Assembly (NCBI GenBank): GCA_963675425.1
Contig: OY776214.1
Span: forward strand, 2,316,978 to 2,380,977
Source: an uncultured Sporobacter sp.
Lineage (GTDB): Bacteria; Bacillota; Clostridia; Oscillospirales; Oscillospiraceae
DNA: 64,000 bases
Direction of reading: 5' to 3'
Both the position numbers and the translations under genes were made by a program. The stretch's first letter is position 1, and every line of letters starts with the position of its first letter. Shown here piece after piece: positions 17,081 to 25,423 of the stretch. Below the pieces are notes generated by a model. The model did no database searches and was not told the origin of the DNA. It saw only the letters and a list, made by a program, of their open reading frames with translations.

Positions 17081-18511
17081 ATGGGGGCGTTTTATGAAAA
17101 AATTCTTTCTCTTTGCGGCTTTGATCAGCAAGAAATAGCAAAGAATACCGGCAAACTACGCAGGGCTTGCGAAAAATTTGGGATTGATGAAGAACAGGTA
17201 GCCTTTGCTGCAGAGAAGTGGATACCTCAAAATTATGATTTAAAGCTGGAGGGAATAAGGAAACTTATTGGCGTTTATATCCGTGAATTTCTCAGCATTT
17301 TGGACCTGTCTCTGGATAAAAATGATAATCGTAAAATTGTCTACGGGACGGTTCCTTCCCCTGTGCCTCTTTTTCATGCCTTGAAAGACAGCTGCAAGGA
17401 GGGAATATATACTGGTGCCCCGGATTTTGTTTTCATGATCGTGTTAAACAGCTTTTTTCATTGGCGTAATATAGGTTTGGAAAGATTGGAGGAACAAGGA
17501 TTTACTCAAGCTTGCAGGCATTGCGCCCTTAATAAAATGCGGGCATTTATCTATTCCGATAATTATATTCCCAGTCCTGATATCGTCTGGACCTGGGGAA
17601 CTGCTTGTGATGAGGCGCCTAAAACTGAAGAGTTTATCCAATTTTGTTATGGTAAACAGTGGTTTTATGTTTCCACAAAAATGCCGCATGATACCTGCAA
17701 AGATGAACAGGGCGACAAGGAGCGGATAACATATCTGGCCAGGCAAATACAAGACGCCGTTTATACAATTGAACAAAAATGCCGATTAAAACTATCCCAA
17801 GAAGCTGTGAGGAAGGCAATGTATAATTGGGGTAAAATTACGGCCAAGATATATTACCTGAATACTTTGATTGCCAATGCCGACCCGGTCCCACTGGGAG
17901 GTAATGAGCTTTCCCTGATTAATTCATTGCAGCTGGCGCCATTGAATATAGAGGTTGAGCTTATTGAGGAGTCTATTGATATTATCATTAAAGAAGTAAA
18001 GGAACGGATCAGAAACGCAGAGGGAATATTACCACGTGGAGCTCCGAGGTTAGGTTGCTATCTTGTCCCTTTTTGCCTTCCCCATATTGTTAAACATTTT
18101 GAAAGGGCCGGTGTTGCTTTAACATTTAATACTTGTATGATGAGGGCAGGCATTCCGGATAATAAAGTACATGGTAGCTGTAAAGTGAGAGATAATAAAA
18201 CGGTTAAGCATCCTTATGAAATAATAGCCGGACAATGGCTGAGCTTGCCGTTGTTTAATAATGTTTTTTATGAAGCAAAGGCAATTGCTCATTTGCTTGC
18301 CAAGTATAAGAATGATGGTTTGATACTCGGTTTTTTCACATTTGACCGTTGGTTGGGGGCACACCAAAACCTTCTGAAAATCATACTCAAAGAATCAATT
18401 GCGAAACCGGTTTTTATAATGGAAGCAAATTTCTGGGATGAACGGTTTAATAATAAACAAAGAATAATAAATCAAATTGAAAGTATCGGAAGATTATTGG
18501 AGAAAGCGTAA
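17081..18511 (+). CDS. 2-hydroxyacyl-CoA dehydratase-family alpha-like paralog 3
   Basis: CRHCALNK, GTACDEAPK, ADPVPLGGNE, EANFWDER. Confidence 0.83.
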   Translation: MGAFYEKILSLCGFDQQEIAKNTGKLRRACEKFGIDEEQVAFAAEKWIPQNYDLKLEGIRKLIGVYIREFLSILDLSLDKNDNRKIVYGTVPSPVPLFHALKDSCKEGIYTGAPDFVFMIVLNSFFHWRNIGLERLEEQGFTQACRHCALNKMRAFIYSDNYIPSPDIVWTWGTACDEAPKTEEFIQFCYGKQWFYVSTKMPHDTCKDEQGDKERITYLARQIQDAVYTIEQKCRLKLSQEAVRKAMYNWGKITAKIYYLNTLIANADPVPLGGNELSLINSLQLAPLNIEVELIEESIDIIIKEVKERIRNAEGILPRGAPRLGCYLVPFCLPHIVKHFERAGVALTFNTCMMRAGIPDNKVHGSCKVRDNKTVKHPYEIIAGQWLSLPLFNNVFYEAKAIAHLLAKYKNDGLILGFFTFDRWLGAHQNLLKIILKESIAKPVFIMEANFWDERFNNKQRIINQIESIGRLLEKA

Positions 18512-19108
18512 ATGCCAAGAAAAAAAGTGATATTTGAAAAACAGAAAATTATTGATGCTTCTTTTCATATTATTAAAAGTGAGGGCAATGAAGCTTTCTC
18601 GGCCAGAAGATTAGCCACGGAACTAAACATTTCGTCAATGACTGTCTATAATTATTACAAAAACATTGATGAAATAAAAAAAGAAGTTATTATTAGAGGT
18701 TTTAGTATTCTTTACAAGATGATTTTTCGTGATATGGAAAACAAAAAGGAAAAGTTGGATGAAGACGGTATTGGTTGTTTATGCAGAATTATCGCGCTCA
18801 ATATGATGAATTTCGCTTTGGAAAATAAAGAAATATATATTTTGATGTTTACTGAGTACGGTTATAAGTTTAGAAATGATCACGAGATCAGGCTTTTTTA
18901 CAATTTCTTGCCGCAACTAGCCAATAGCATTAAACTTGCTCAATCTGAAGCGCAGGAATTAAAAAAAAGGTGCTATATATTTGAAAGCATGATTCAAAGG
19001 CTAATTATGGAAAAATTAAATAAGCTATATGATTATTCCCTGGAAGAATATAATGATTATATTGATTTTAGTTTAAAGCATTTATTTAGGATCGATTCAG
19101 AAGGATGA
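18512..19108 (+). CDS. TetR/AcrR-family transcriptional regulator
   Basis: N-terminal HTH SARRLATELNISSMTVYNYYKNIDEI; TAA-ATG coupling to the upstream gene. Confidence 0.92.
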   Translation: MPRKKVIFEKQKIIDASFHIIKSEGNEAFSARRLATELNISSMTVYNYYKNIDEIKKEVIIRGFSILYKMIFRDMENKKEKLDEDGIGCLCRIIALNMMNFALENKEIYILMFTEYGYKFRNDHEIRLFYNFLPQLANSIKLAQSEAQELKKRCYIFESMIQRLIMEKLNKLYDYSLEEYNDYIDFSLKHLFRIDSEG

Positions 19109-19117
19109 GGTGGAAAA

Positions 19118-20455
19118 ATGAATAGTATAACTGACACGAAAAGTCTATGTCCGGAATGTCTGAACATAATCCCGGCGCATTATGTTGTTGATAATAATAA
19201 TGTCTATTTACATAAAGAATGTCCTGAACATGGTCCGTATAAAGCCCTGGTATGGAGAGATGCCGAGTTATATGAACAATGGCAATCACAGAGTACCCAT
19301 GCGGAAAAAATGGAAAATGGCATTCCCCCGGTAAAGGGGTGTCCCTTGGACTGCGGCTTGTGTACCGAACATGAGGGAGGGACCTGTACAGCCGTTGTGG
19401 AAGTTACTTATCGCTGCAATATGAATTGTCCCGTTTGTTTTGCGGATAGTGCTCAAGAAATTTTCGAGCCGGACATCGATAAAATCCGGGAGATGTTTGT
19501 TGCTGTCCAGAATGAACAAAACACCCTTTGTTCGGTCCAAATAAGCGGAGGGGAACCAACAGTGAGAGATGATCTGCATGAGATTATCCGGTTGGGGAAA
19601 GAGATGGGGTTCGAGCATATTCAAGTTAATACGAACGGCTTGAGAATAGCGGAAGACTTTAATTATTTGCAGCAGCTTAAAGATAGTGGCGCTGATCTAA
19701 TATATTTGCAGTTTGACGGACTGAATGATGACATCTATCAAGCGCTTCGCGGAAAAAAAATGCTTGATACCAAGTTGAAGGCCATCGAAAACTGCCGGGC
19801 TGTTAATATTGGGGTCCTTTTGGTGCCGACAATTGTTCCCCAAGTTAATTTTTCTGAAATAGGTCGGATTATTAATTTTGCCAGAGAACAAATGCCCATA
19901 GTCAAGGGAATCCACTTTCAGCCTGTAAGTTACTTCGGTCGTTTTCCGGTAAGCAGCCCGCAGGATGAGGATAGAGTCACGCTGGCTGATATTGTCAAAG
20001 GAATCGAAGCGCAGACCCAGGGAGAAATAAAAGTTAGGAACCTTGTTCCCCGTAAAAGGTTCAATTCTCACTGCGCGTTCAGCGGATTGTTTTATTTACA
20101 GGATAATGGGAAGTTTCAGCCTATTACCCAAAACAAAACAGAGGAAGTGCCCGAACCCGAAAAAACGACTCAGGATTTTGTGGCCAAGGCAAATCAGTAC
20201 ACCAAAAACCATTGGCAACTGACAAGCGATCCTCAGAAGGAAAAGCAGACGCCTCAATCCGGAAGCCTGGCGAAAAGAATAAAAGACTATACCCTGTCGC
20301 TAACCGGTATGCCTTTCCAGGACGTTTGGAATATTGATATAGGCAGGCTAAAGGGCTGTTGTGTTCAGGTGGTTGATAATAAGGGACAGCTAATTCCACT
20401 TTGCGCTTTTCATCTGACCAGTACAAAAGGGAAAAGGTTGTATCGCAATGAATAA
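19118..20455 (+). CDS. Radical SAM protein, TrsS/MJ0619(Tes)-like architecture, copy 1
   Basis: N-terminal CPEC...CPEHG, GCPLDCGLC, CNMNCPVC SAM motif, SGGEPT, C-terminal HCAF, GCCVQV, PLCAF. Confidence 0.9.
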   Translation: MNSITDTKSLCPECLNIIPAHYVVDNNNVYLHKECPEHGPYKALVWRDAELYEQWQSQSTHAEKMENGIPPVKGCPLDCGLCTEHEGGTCTAVVEVTYRCNMNCPVCFADSAQEIFEPDIDKIREMFVAVQNEQNTLCSVQISGGEPTVRDDLHEIIRLGKEMGFEHIQVNTNGLRIAEDFNYLQQLKDSGADLIYLQFDGLNDDIYQALRGKKMLDTKLKAIENCRAVNIGVLLVPTIVPQVNFSEIGRIINFAREQMPIVKGIHFQPVSYFGRFPVSSPQDEDRVTLADIVKGIEAQTQGEIKVRNLVPRKRFNSHCAFSGLFYLQDNGKFQPITQNKTEEVPEPEKTTQDFVAKANQYTKNHWQLTSDPQKEKQTPQSGSLAKRIKDYTLSLTGMPFQDVWNIDIGRLKGCCVQVVDNKGQLIPLCAFHLTSTKGKRLYRNE

Positions 20456-21758
20456 ACAACGGGACAGGGCATTTTTAATTAAAGAAACCGTAAGCTTATG
20501 CCCTCGCTGTCTGAAGCGGATCCCGGCCAGAATAGAGGAAGTAAACAGCGAGATATATATGAATAAAAGGTGCCCCGAGCATGGCGAATTTCAAACGGTT
20601 ATCTGGCGGGACAATAAGGAAAACTATCTGCAATGGCTGGAATATGGCGGGGGAGAGTCTTTCCTTTCTTCGGAAATACAATCCGACTCCGGTTCAGGAT
20701 GTCCTCATGACTGCGGGCTGTGTGAAGACCACCGGCAGGAAATTTGTTCAGCAGCAATTATGGTTACCAACCGATGCAATCTTAATTGTCCGGTTTGCTT
20801 TACCCGGAGTCCTGAAGAGCATTATTATGAACCTGATTTAAACAGTATTAGAAGTATGTATGAATTTTACCTAAATTCGTGTGGTGAACCATATCCTGTG
20901 GAATTATGCGGGGGTGAACCTACGGTAAGGGATGACCTGCCGCAAATCATTGCGTTGGGAAAGCAATTGGGTTTTGATTATATCCAGCTCAACACGAATG
21001 GCATTAGAATCGCCCAGGATCAGGAGTATTTACATAAGTTAAAAAATGCCGGATTAACAACCGTATACTTGGGATTAGACGGAATATCGGAAGAGCCTTA
21101 TAAATATTCTTCCGGGTATTATCTGGGAAAAAGCATTCTAAGTTATAAGCTGCAGGCTATTAAAAACTGTGCGGAAGCCGGTTTGGCTGTGATTTTGGTT
21201 CCCTGTGTTATTCCCGGGGTCAATGACAGTCAATTAGGAGAAATTATCCGTCTGGCGAAGAAATGGATGCCGGCGGTTAAAGGCGTTCATTTTCAGCCAA
21301 TCAGCTATTTCGGCAATTATCCTGTCGAGCCTCAAAATAAAGACAGGATTACCATACCGGAAGTTTTACGGGCCATCGAAGAACAAACCGGTGGCGAGGT
21401 AAAACGGGATCATTTTCTGCCGACGGGCTGCGAGCATCCCCAATGTTCCTTTAATGGATTTTTTATGATGGCGAAAAATGGAAAGCTGCAGGCTTTGACC
21501 AAATACCAAAAAAGAGAGCAGCGGGAGAGTGAGCCCGCAAAAAAGACGCGTCGTTTCACCAAAACCCAATGGATATATAATGAGCGGATGTCTTTAACCA
21601 TAGGAGGAATGGCGTTCCAGGATGCCTGGAATGTTGATCTTGAAAGATTAAAGCGGTGTATTATTCATATTATCTGCTCTAATCAAAAATTTGTTCCTTT
21701 ATGCGCCAAGTATCTGACGGGTGAAAATGGGTTAAAAATCTTTCCGGGGATAAGCTGA
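20448..21758 (+). CDS. Radical SAM protein, TrsS/MJ0619(Tes)-like architecture, copy 2
   Basis: CPRC...CPEHG, GCPHDCGLC, CNLNCPVC, GGEPT, GCEHPQCSF, RCIIHI, PLCAK; overlaps copy 1 by 8 nt. Confidence 0.9.
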   Translation: MNKQRDRAFLIKETVSLCPRCLKRIPARIEEVNSEIYMNKRCPEHGEFQTVIWRDNKENYLQWLEYGGGESFLSSEIQSDSGSGCPHDCGLCEDHRQEICSAAIMVTNRCNLNCPVCFTRSPEEHYYEPDLNSIRSMYEFYLNSCGEPYPVELCGGEPTVRDDLPQIIALGKQLGFDYIQLNTNGIRIAQDQEYLHKLKNAGLTTVYLGLDGISEEPYKYSSGYYLGKSILSYKLQAIKNCAEAGLAVILVPCVIPGVNDSQLGEIIRLAKKWMPAVKGVHFQPISYFGNYPVEPQNKDRITIPEVLRAIEEQTGGEVKRDHFLPTGCEHPQCSFNGFFMMAKNGKLQALTKYQKREQRESEPAKKTRRFTKTQWIYNERMSLTIGGMAFQDAWNVDLERLKRCIIHIICSNQKFVPLCAKYLTGENGLKIFPGIS

Positions 21759-21769
21759 GGTATTTATTT

Positions 21770-23134
21770 ATGAATGGCATTGTGAAGATGCAGGACGGCC
21801 TGTTCAGGCTGTGCAGGAACCAGATTACCGAAGAAAAGCAATTCGGGCAGGAAAAAAATCTGACGCCGGACGCTAAAATCACGAATCAAATATTTGAGGA
21901 ATTCCGTTTATATAAATTAAAGAAAACGCTGCAGTACGTTTATGATAAAAGTAAATTTTACCGTGAGCTTTTCGACCGGCATAACATATTACCGGAAGAT
22001 ATTCAGTCTATACAGGACTTAAAAAAGATCCCATTAACGTCCTCCCAGGACCTGGCTGCCAGGGGGTACGACTTTCTATGCCTGTCGCAGGGAGCAATGG
22101 AAAAAGCTGTTACCTTTACCAGTTCGGGGACTGTTGGCCCTCAGAAGAAGATCTTTTTTACCGCAGGTGATCTGGAAAAGATGACAGATTTTATGGGTGT
22201 GGGCATGAATACTGTAACCGGGGCGGATGGTGTTGTCCAGATCCTGCTTCCCAGTGGGCCGGTCATGGGTCAAGCCGATTTGCTGGCCCAGGGAGTTCGG
22301 AAAATGGGAGCGGAAGCTGTTTATACAGGGATGTTTGTTCCCAGCGAAGAGCAGATTCAAGCAATTATTAAGTATGGAAGCACTGTGATTTTTGGCGAAA
22401 CCAGATTGATTTACCGCATAACAAAAGAGATGGAAGATAAGTACGATCTAGCTAAATTGGGCGTTAAGACACTCTTCGTAACAACAAGTCATCTTTCGGA
22501 TGTTATGCGTCAAAATCTTGAAACAGCCTGGAATTGTCAAATAGTGACCCACTATGGTCTGACTGAAATGGGCCTGGGCCTGGCAGTTGATTGTCCTTAT
22601 GGTGAGGGTTACCACACCAACGAGTTAGATGTAATTGCCGAGCTTGTTGATCCGAAAACAGGTGAGGTTTTGCCGGACGGAAAAGAGGGCGAACTGGTAT
22701 TTACGACGATCACCAGGGATGGGATGCCGTTAATCCGTTACCGGACGCATGATATAGCCACGTTAACCTCTCAAACTTGCCCCTGTGGTTCTCATTTAAA
22801 TACAATCAGCCGAATCAACCGCAGGTTGGAATCCATTGTGCAAATAAGCCCGGAATTCAGTATTTATCCCGCTTTATTTGACGATGTTTTGTTTAAACTA
22901 CCCGAGGTAGTAGATTACGAAATTTACCTGGAGAAAAAGGACGGGAAACAAAACCTTATATTTGAAGTGGAGCTTACTGCAGAGAGTGAAAATGTAAAAA
23001 AAGAAATCATACGGCAATTACAGAATAACGAAATTATTATGAAATACTTTGATTTGCCGGTGATAAAAACCGTTCCCCCGGGAGCTTTAAAGGGTGGGGC
23101 ACATTTTAAAAAGATGATTAGAGTTTTACCTTAG
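21770..23134 (+). CDS. AMP-dependent CoA ligase, PaaK/F390-synthetase-like (DVU_1553-like by context)
   Basis: FTSSGTVG P-loop, HYGLTEMG, GELVFTT, PLIRYRTHD. Confidence 0.88.
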   Translation: MNGIVKMQDGLFRLCRNQITEEKQFGQEKNLTPDAKITNQIFEEFRLYKLKKTLQYVYDKSKFYRELFDRHNILPEDIQSIQDLKKIPLTSSQDLAARGYDFLCLSQGAMEKAVTFTSSGTVGPQKKIFFTAGDLEKMTDFMGVGMNTVTGADGVVQILLPSGPVMGQADLLAQGVRKMGAEAVYTGMFVPSEEQIQAIIKYGSTVIFGETRLIYRITKEMEDKYDLAKLGVKTLFVTTSHLSDVMRQNLETAWNCQIVTHYGLTEMGLGLAVDCPYGEGYHTNELDVIAELVDPKTGEVLPDGKEGELVFTTITRDGMPLIRYRTHDIATLTSQTCPCGSHLNTISRINRRLESIVQISPEFSIYPALFDDVLFKLPEVVDYEIYLEKKDGKQNLIFEVELTAESENVKKEIIRQLQNNEIIMKYFDLPVIKTVPPGALKGGAHFKKMIRVLP

Positions 23135-23215
23135 TAGGAATTTTTGTCTTGAAAGTATTTAACCGGGACTTACCGCAAACGCGGACATAATAATTTTAAG
23201 ATTTGAGGTATCGCT

Positions 23216-23860
23216 ATGGAAAACAAAACATCAGGAATACAAAGCCGGTCCGAGGCGGCGGTTATACCCGCGCCCGAACCCGATCCCAAAAGCATGTTCG
23301 GCGTAGATAAAAACATAAATATGGCGACCATAGACGATTGGCTTGGACGCGGCGACGTTCTTTACAGGGATGTCAGGATGCTGTTTGACCCGGCCGAATA
23401 CGCCACCATCGGCGGCAATCAGGAACTGTCCGAAACGATCACAGGTTTCAAAATCGTTCCCCATCCTTACCTTGCGACGCTTATGAAGCTCCCGGTCAAG
23501 AACGCCTATTTGGGCGATACGCTCTTTACGCTTACGTGGGATAAAAAGGGCGCGATCACGTCGGCGACAGCTAATTACAAGGAATCACTGACTATCCTTG
23601 AGGAGCTCTTCCCCAAAAACAAAAAAATATTCATTATGTGCGGCGGCGGCGGTTATGCCTCCATGACACGGGCGCTCCTGATCCATCTGGGTTGGAACGC
23701 GAACGACCTGTATAATATCGGCGGAAACTGGGCCTATAAAGGCGGTAACGCGCTCAAACTCATCGAGTACCCGGAAGAAACGGGCGGCGACACCCTTTAT
23801 GCGCTTTGGAGGGCCGACTATGCGCTGATCGATTTTACCAGACTTCACAAAGCGGAGTAA
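23216..23860 (+). CDS. Rhodanese-like domain protein
   Basis: YRDVRML, FIMCGGGGYAS active-site loop, YNIGGNWAY. Confidence 0.7.
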   Translation: MENKTSGIQSRSEAAVIPAPEPDPKSMFGVDKNINMATIDDWLGRGDVLYRDVRMLFDPAEYATIGGNQELSETITGFKIVPHPYLATLMKLPVKNAYLGDTLFTLTWDKKGAITSATANYKESLTILEELFPKNKKIFIMCGGGGYASMTRALLIHLGWNANDLYNIGGNWAYKGGNALKLIEYPEETGGDTLYALWRADYALIDFTRLHKAE

Positions 23861-23902
23861 CACCGCTTTCCGCGCCGGCGGGCCGGGACGGCATCAGCAG
23901 TT

Positions 23903-23941
23903 AAGTGTGTAAACCGGAAATACGGTTTACACACTTTTTTC
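23903..23941 (+). terminator. Intrinsic terminator
   Basis: aagtgtgtaaaccg-gaaata-cggtttacacactt followed by a T tract. Confidence 0.75.
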
Positions 23942-24188
23942 TGGCGGTTGGCCCCTCGACGGTATAACACAGCATTGAGTAAAATTCATTTACCTCGTCC
24001 AATCCTGCCCTTGGTTACCCCGAAATGTCAAAAAGCTCGTTGTAGAAAGGCGGCCGCGAGAAGTCCGGCTGCACCTCTTTGGACAGCTGCGCATACCCCA
24101 TACCCCGGTCATAAATTAAGATGATATCCGGTTTATAAGTACAGTGCTTAGCAGCGCTGTAACAATTCCAATATAGGATCCTTGCGGC

Positions 24189-24235
24189 AGCATTGGAAAA
24201 GCAGCGAAGAATTCCTTCGCTGCTTTTCCAATGCT
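24189..24235. repeat. Perfect 21-bp inverted repeat
   Basis: agcattggaaaagcagcgaag-aattc-cttcgctgcttttccaatgct. Confidence 0.85.
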
Positions 24236-24377
24236 ATACTATTACAGACTGCATCAAACGCTTTAGACACGGCTTCCCATCAACAAAGTCGAATCTCATA
24301 AGCTATTGTTATAGAATCCATATAAAAATACGGGTAATACGCAATCAAGCGATTACCCGTGTTCTAAATTCCTTATT

Positions 24378-25355
24378 TCAGGCCTGGCTGGCTTTAAGCT
24401 TCTTCGATCTGAGTTCGGTGGTAATATAGTCGACAAGGAGCGCTGCAACGAGCAGGAGTCCGGAAGCTACGATCTGCCAGTAAGTGCCAAGCCCAATAAT
24501 GGACAGCCCATTGTTGAAAAAGTTTAACAAAAGCAGGCCGAAAAACGCGCCGAGCATGCCGCCGGAGCCGCCGCCGAAGGAGATGCCGCCGAGCAGGATG
24601 GCGATAATACCGTCAATTTCCGTACCGTGTACGGAAAAAGGCGTGGCGTTGTGCATACGCCCGACGAGAATGGACCCGCCGATTGTGGAGATCACGGAGC
24701 AATTAATTAATAGGAGGGTCTGCACGCGTTTAATGTTAATGCCGGCCAGCCGCGCGGCGTTCCTGTTGCCGCCGACCATATAGATATTCCGTCCAAAATT
24801 TGAGTGCTTGAGCATCAGGCCGTATAAGACATACAACACGATCATAATAACGAAGGGAAGCGGAAGACCCAAAATCGATATAACGCCGATTTTATGAAAA
24901 GCCGCATTGGAGACGGAAATGCTTTGATTATCGGTTATGATGTAGCCCAGCCCTTTCCAGACGGATGCCATTGCCAGCGTTGATATGAAGGGCATCATAC
25001 GACACACATTGATAAAAAATGCGTTGAGAAATCCGGCGGCCACGCCAAATCCCATGGCGATGAGAAGCGATGGGAACCAGCCCAGGCCCGCATTCATTAA
25101 CATAGCAAGTAAGAGGCCGCCTATGCAGCCGACAGCGCCGGTCGAAAGGTCTGGAATGCCTAAAATGAGAAGACAACCCATGCCCACAGCCAGCGTACCG
25201 GAAAGGCTGGCGGCGTTGAGTATGTTACGGAAATTGTCGGAGGACATATAGTTTTTGTTAACAAGCTGGAAAATGATGATAATTGCTATAAGCACAATCA
25301 GAAGCGTAAAGCTTCTATCTTTGACAAATTTTTTAATAAAGGTATTACTTTTCAT
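24378..25355 (-). CDS. Sugar-type (CUT2/RbsC-like) ABC permease
   Basis: PDLSTGAV, FGRNIYMVGGNRNAARLAGI, LLGGISFGGGSG. Confidence 0.93.
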   Translation of the reverse strand: MKSNTFIKKFVKDRSFTLLIVLIAIIIIFQLVNKNYMSSDNFRNILNAASLSGTLAVGMGCLLILGIPDLSTGAVGCIGGLLLAMLMNAGLGWFPSLLIAMGFGVAAGFLNAFFINVCRMMPFISTLAMASVWKGLGYIITDNQSISVSNAAFHKIGVISILGLPLPFVIMIVLYVLYGLMLKHSNFGRNIYMVGGNRNAARLAGINIKRVQTLLLINCSVISTIGGSILVGRMHNATPFSVHGTEIDGIIAILLGGISFGGGSGGMLGAFFGLLLLNFFNNGLSIIGLGTYWQIVASGLLLVAALLVDYITTELRSKKLKASQA

Positions 25356-25423
25356 ACTTTCCTCCTTCTAATCGAGCAAGGGAACGACAGCACTGTTTCT
25401 TTGTCGCATCCACTCGGAAGTCG

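Noticed and set aside
12835-18511. Calling the cluster benzoyl-CoA reductase (bcrABCD) or hgdABC
   Set aside because: The stoichiometry (1 activase, 1 beta, 3 alpha) and Cys patterns do not match either; only the family is supported.
19118-21758. Possible selenocysteine readthrough in TrsS-like proteins
   Set aside because: No internal in-frame TGA. The terminal TGA at 21756-58 follows a complete C-terminus and the next gene starts 11 nt later.
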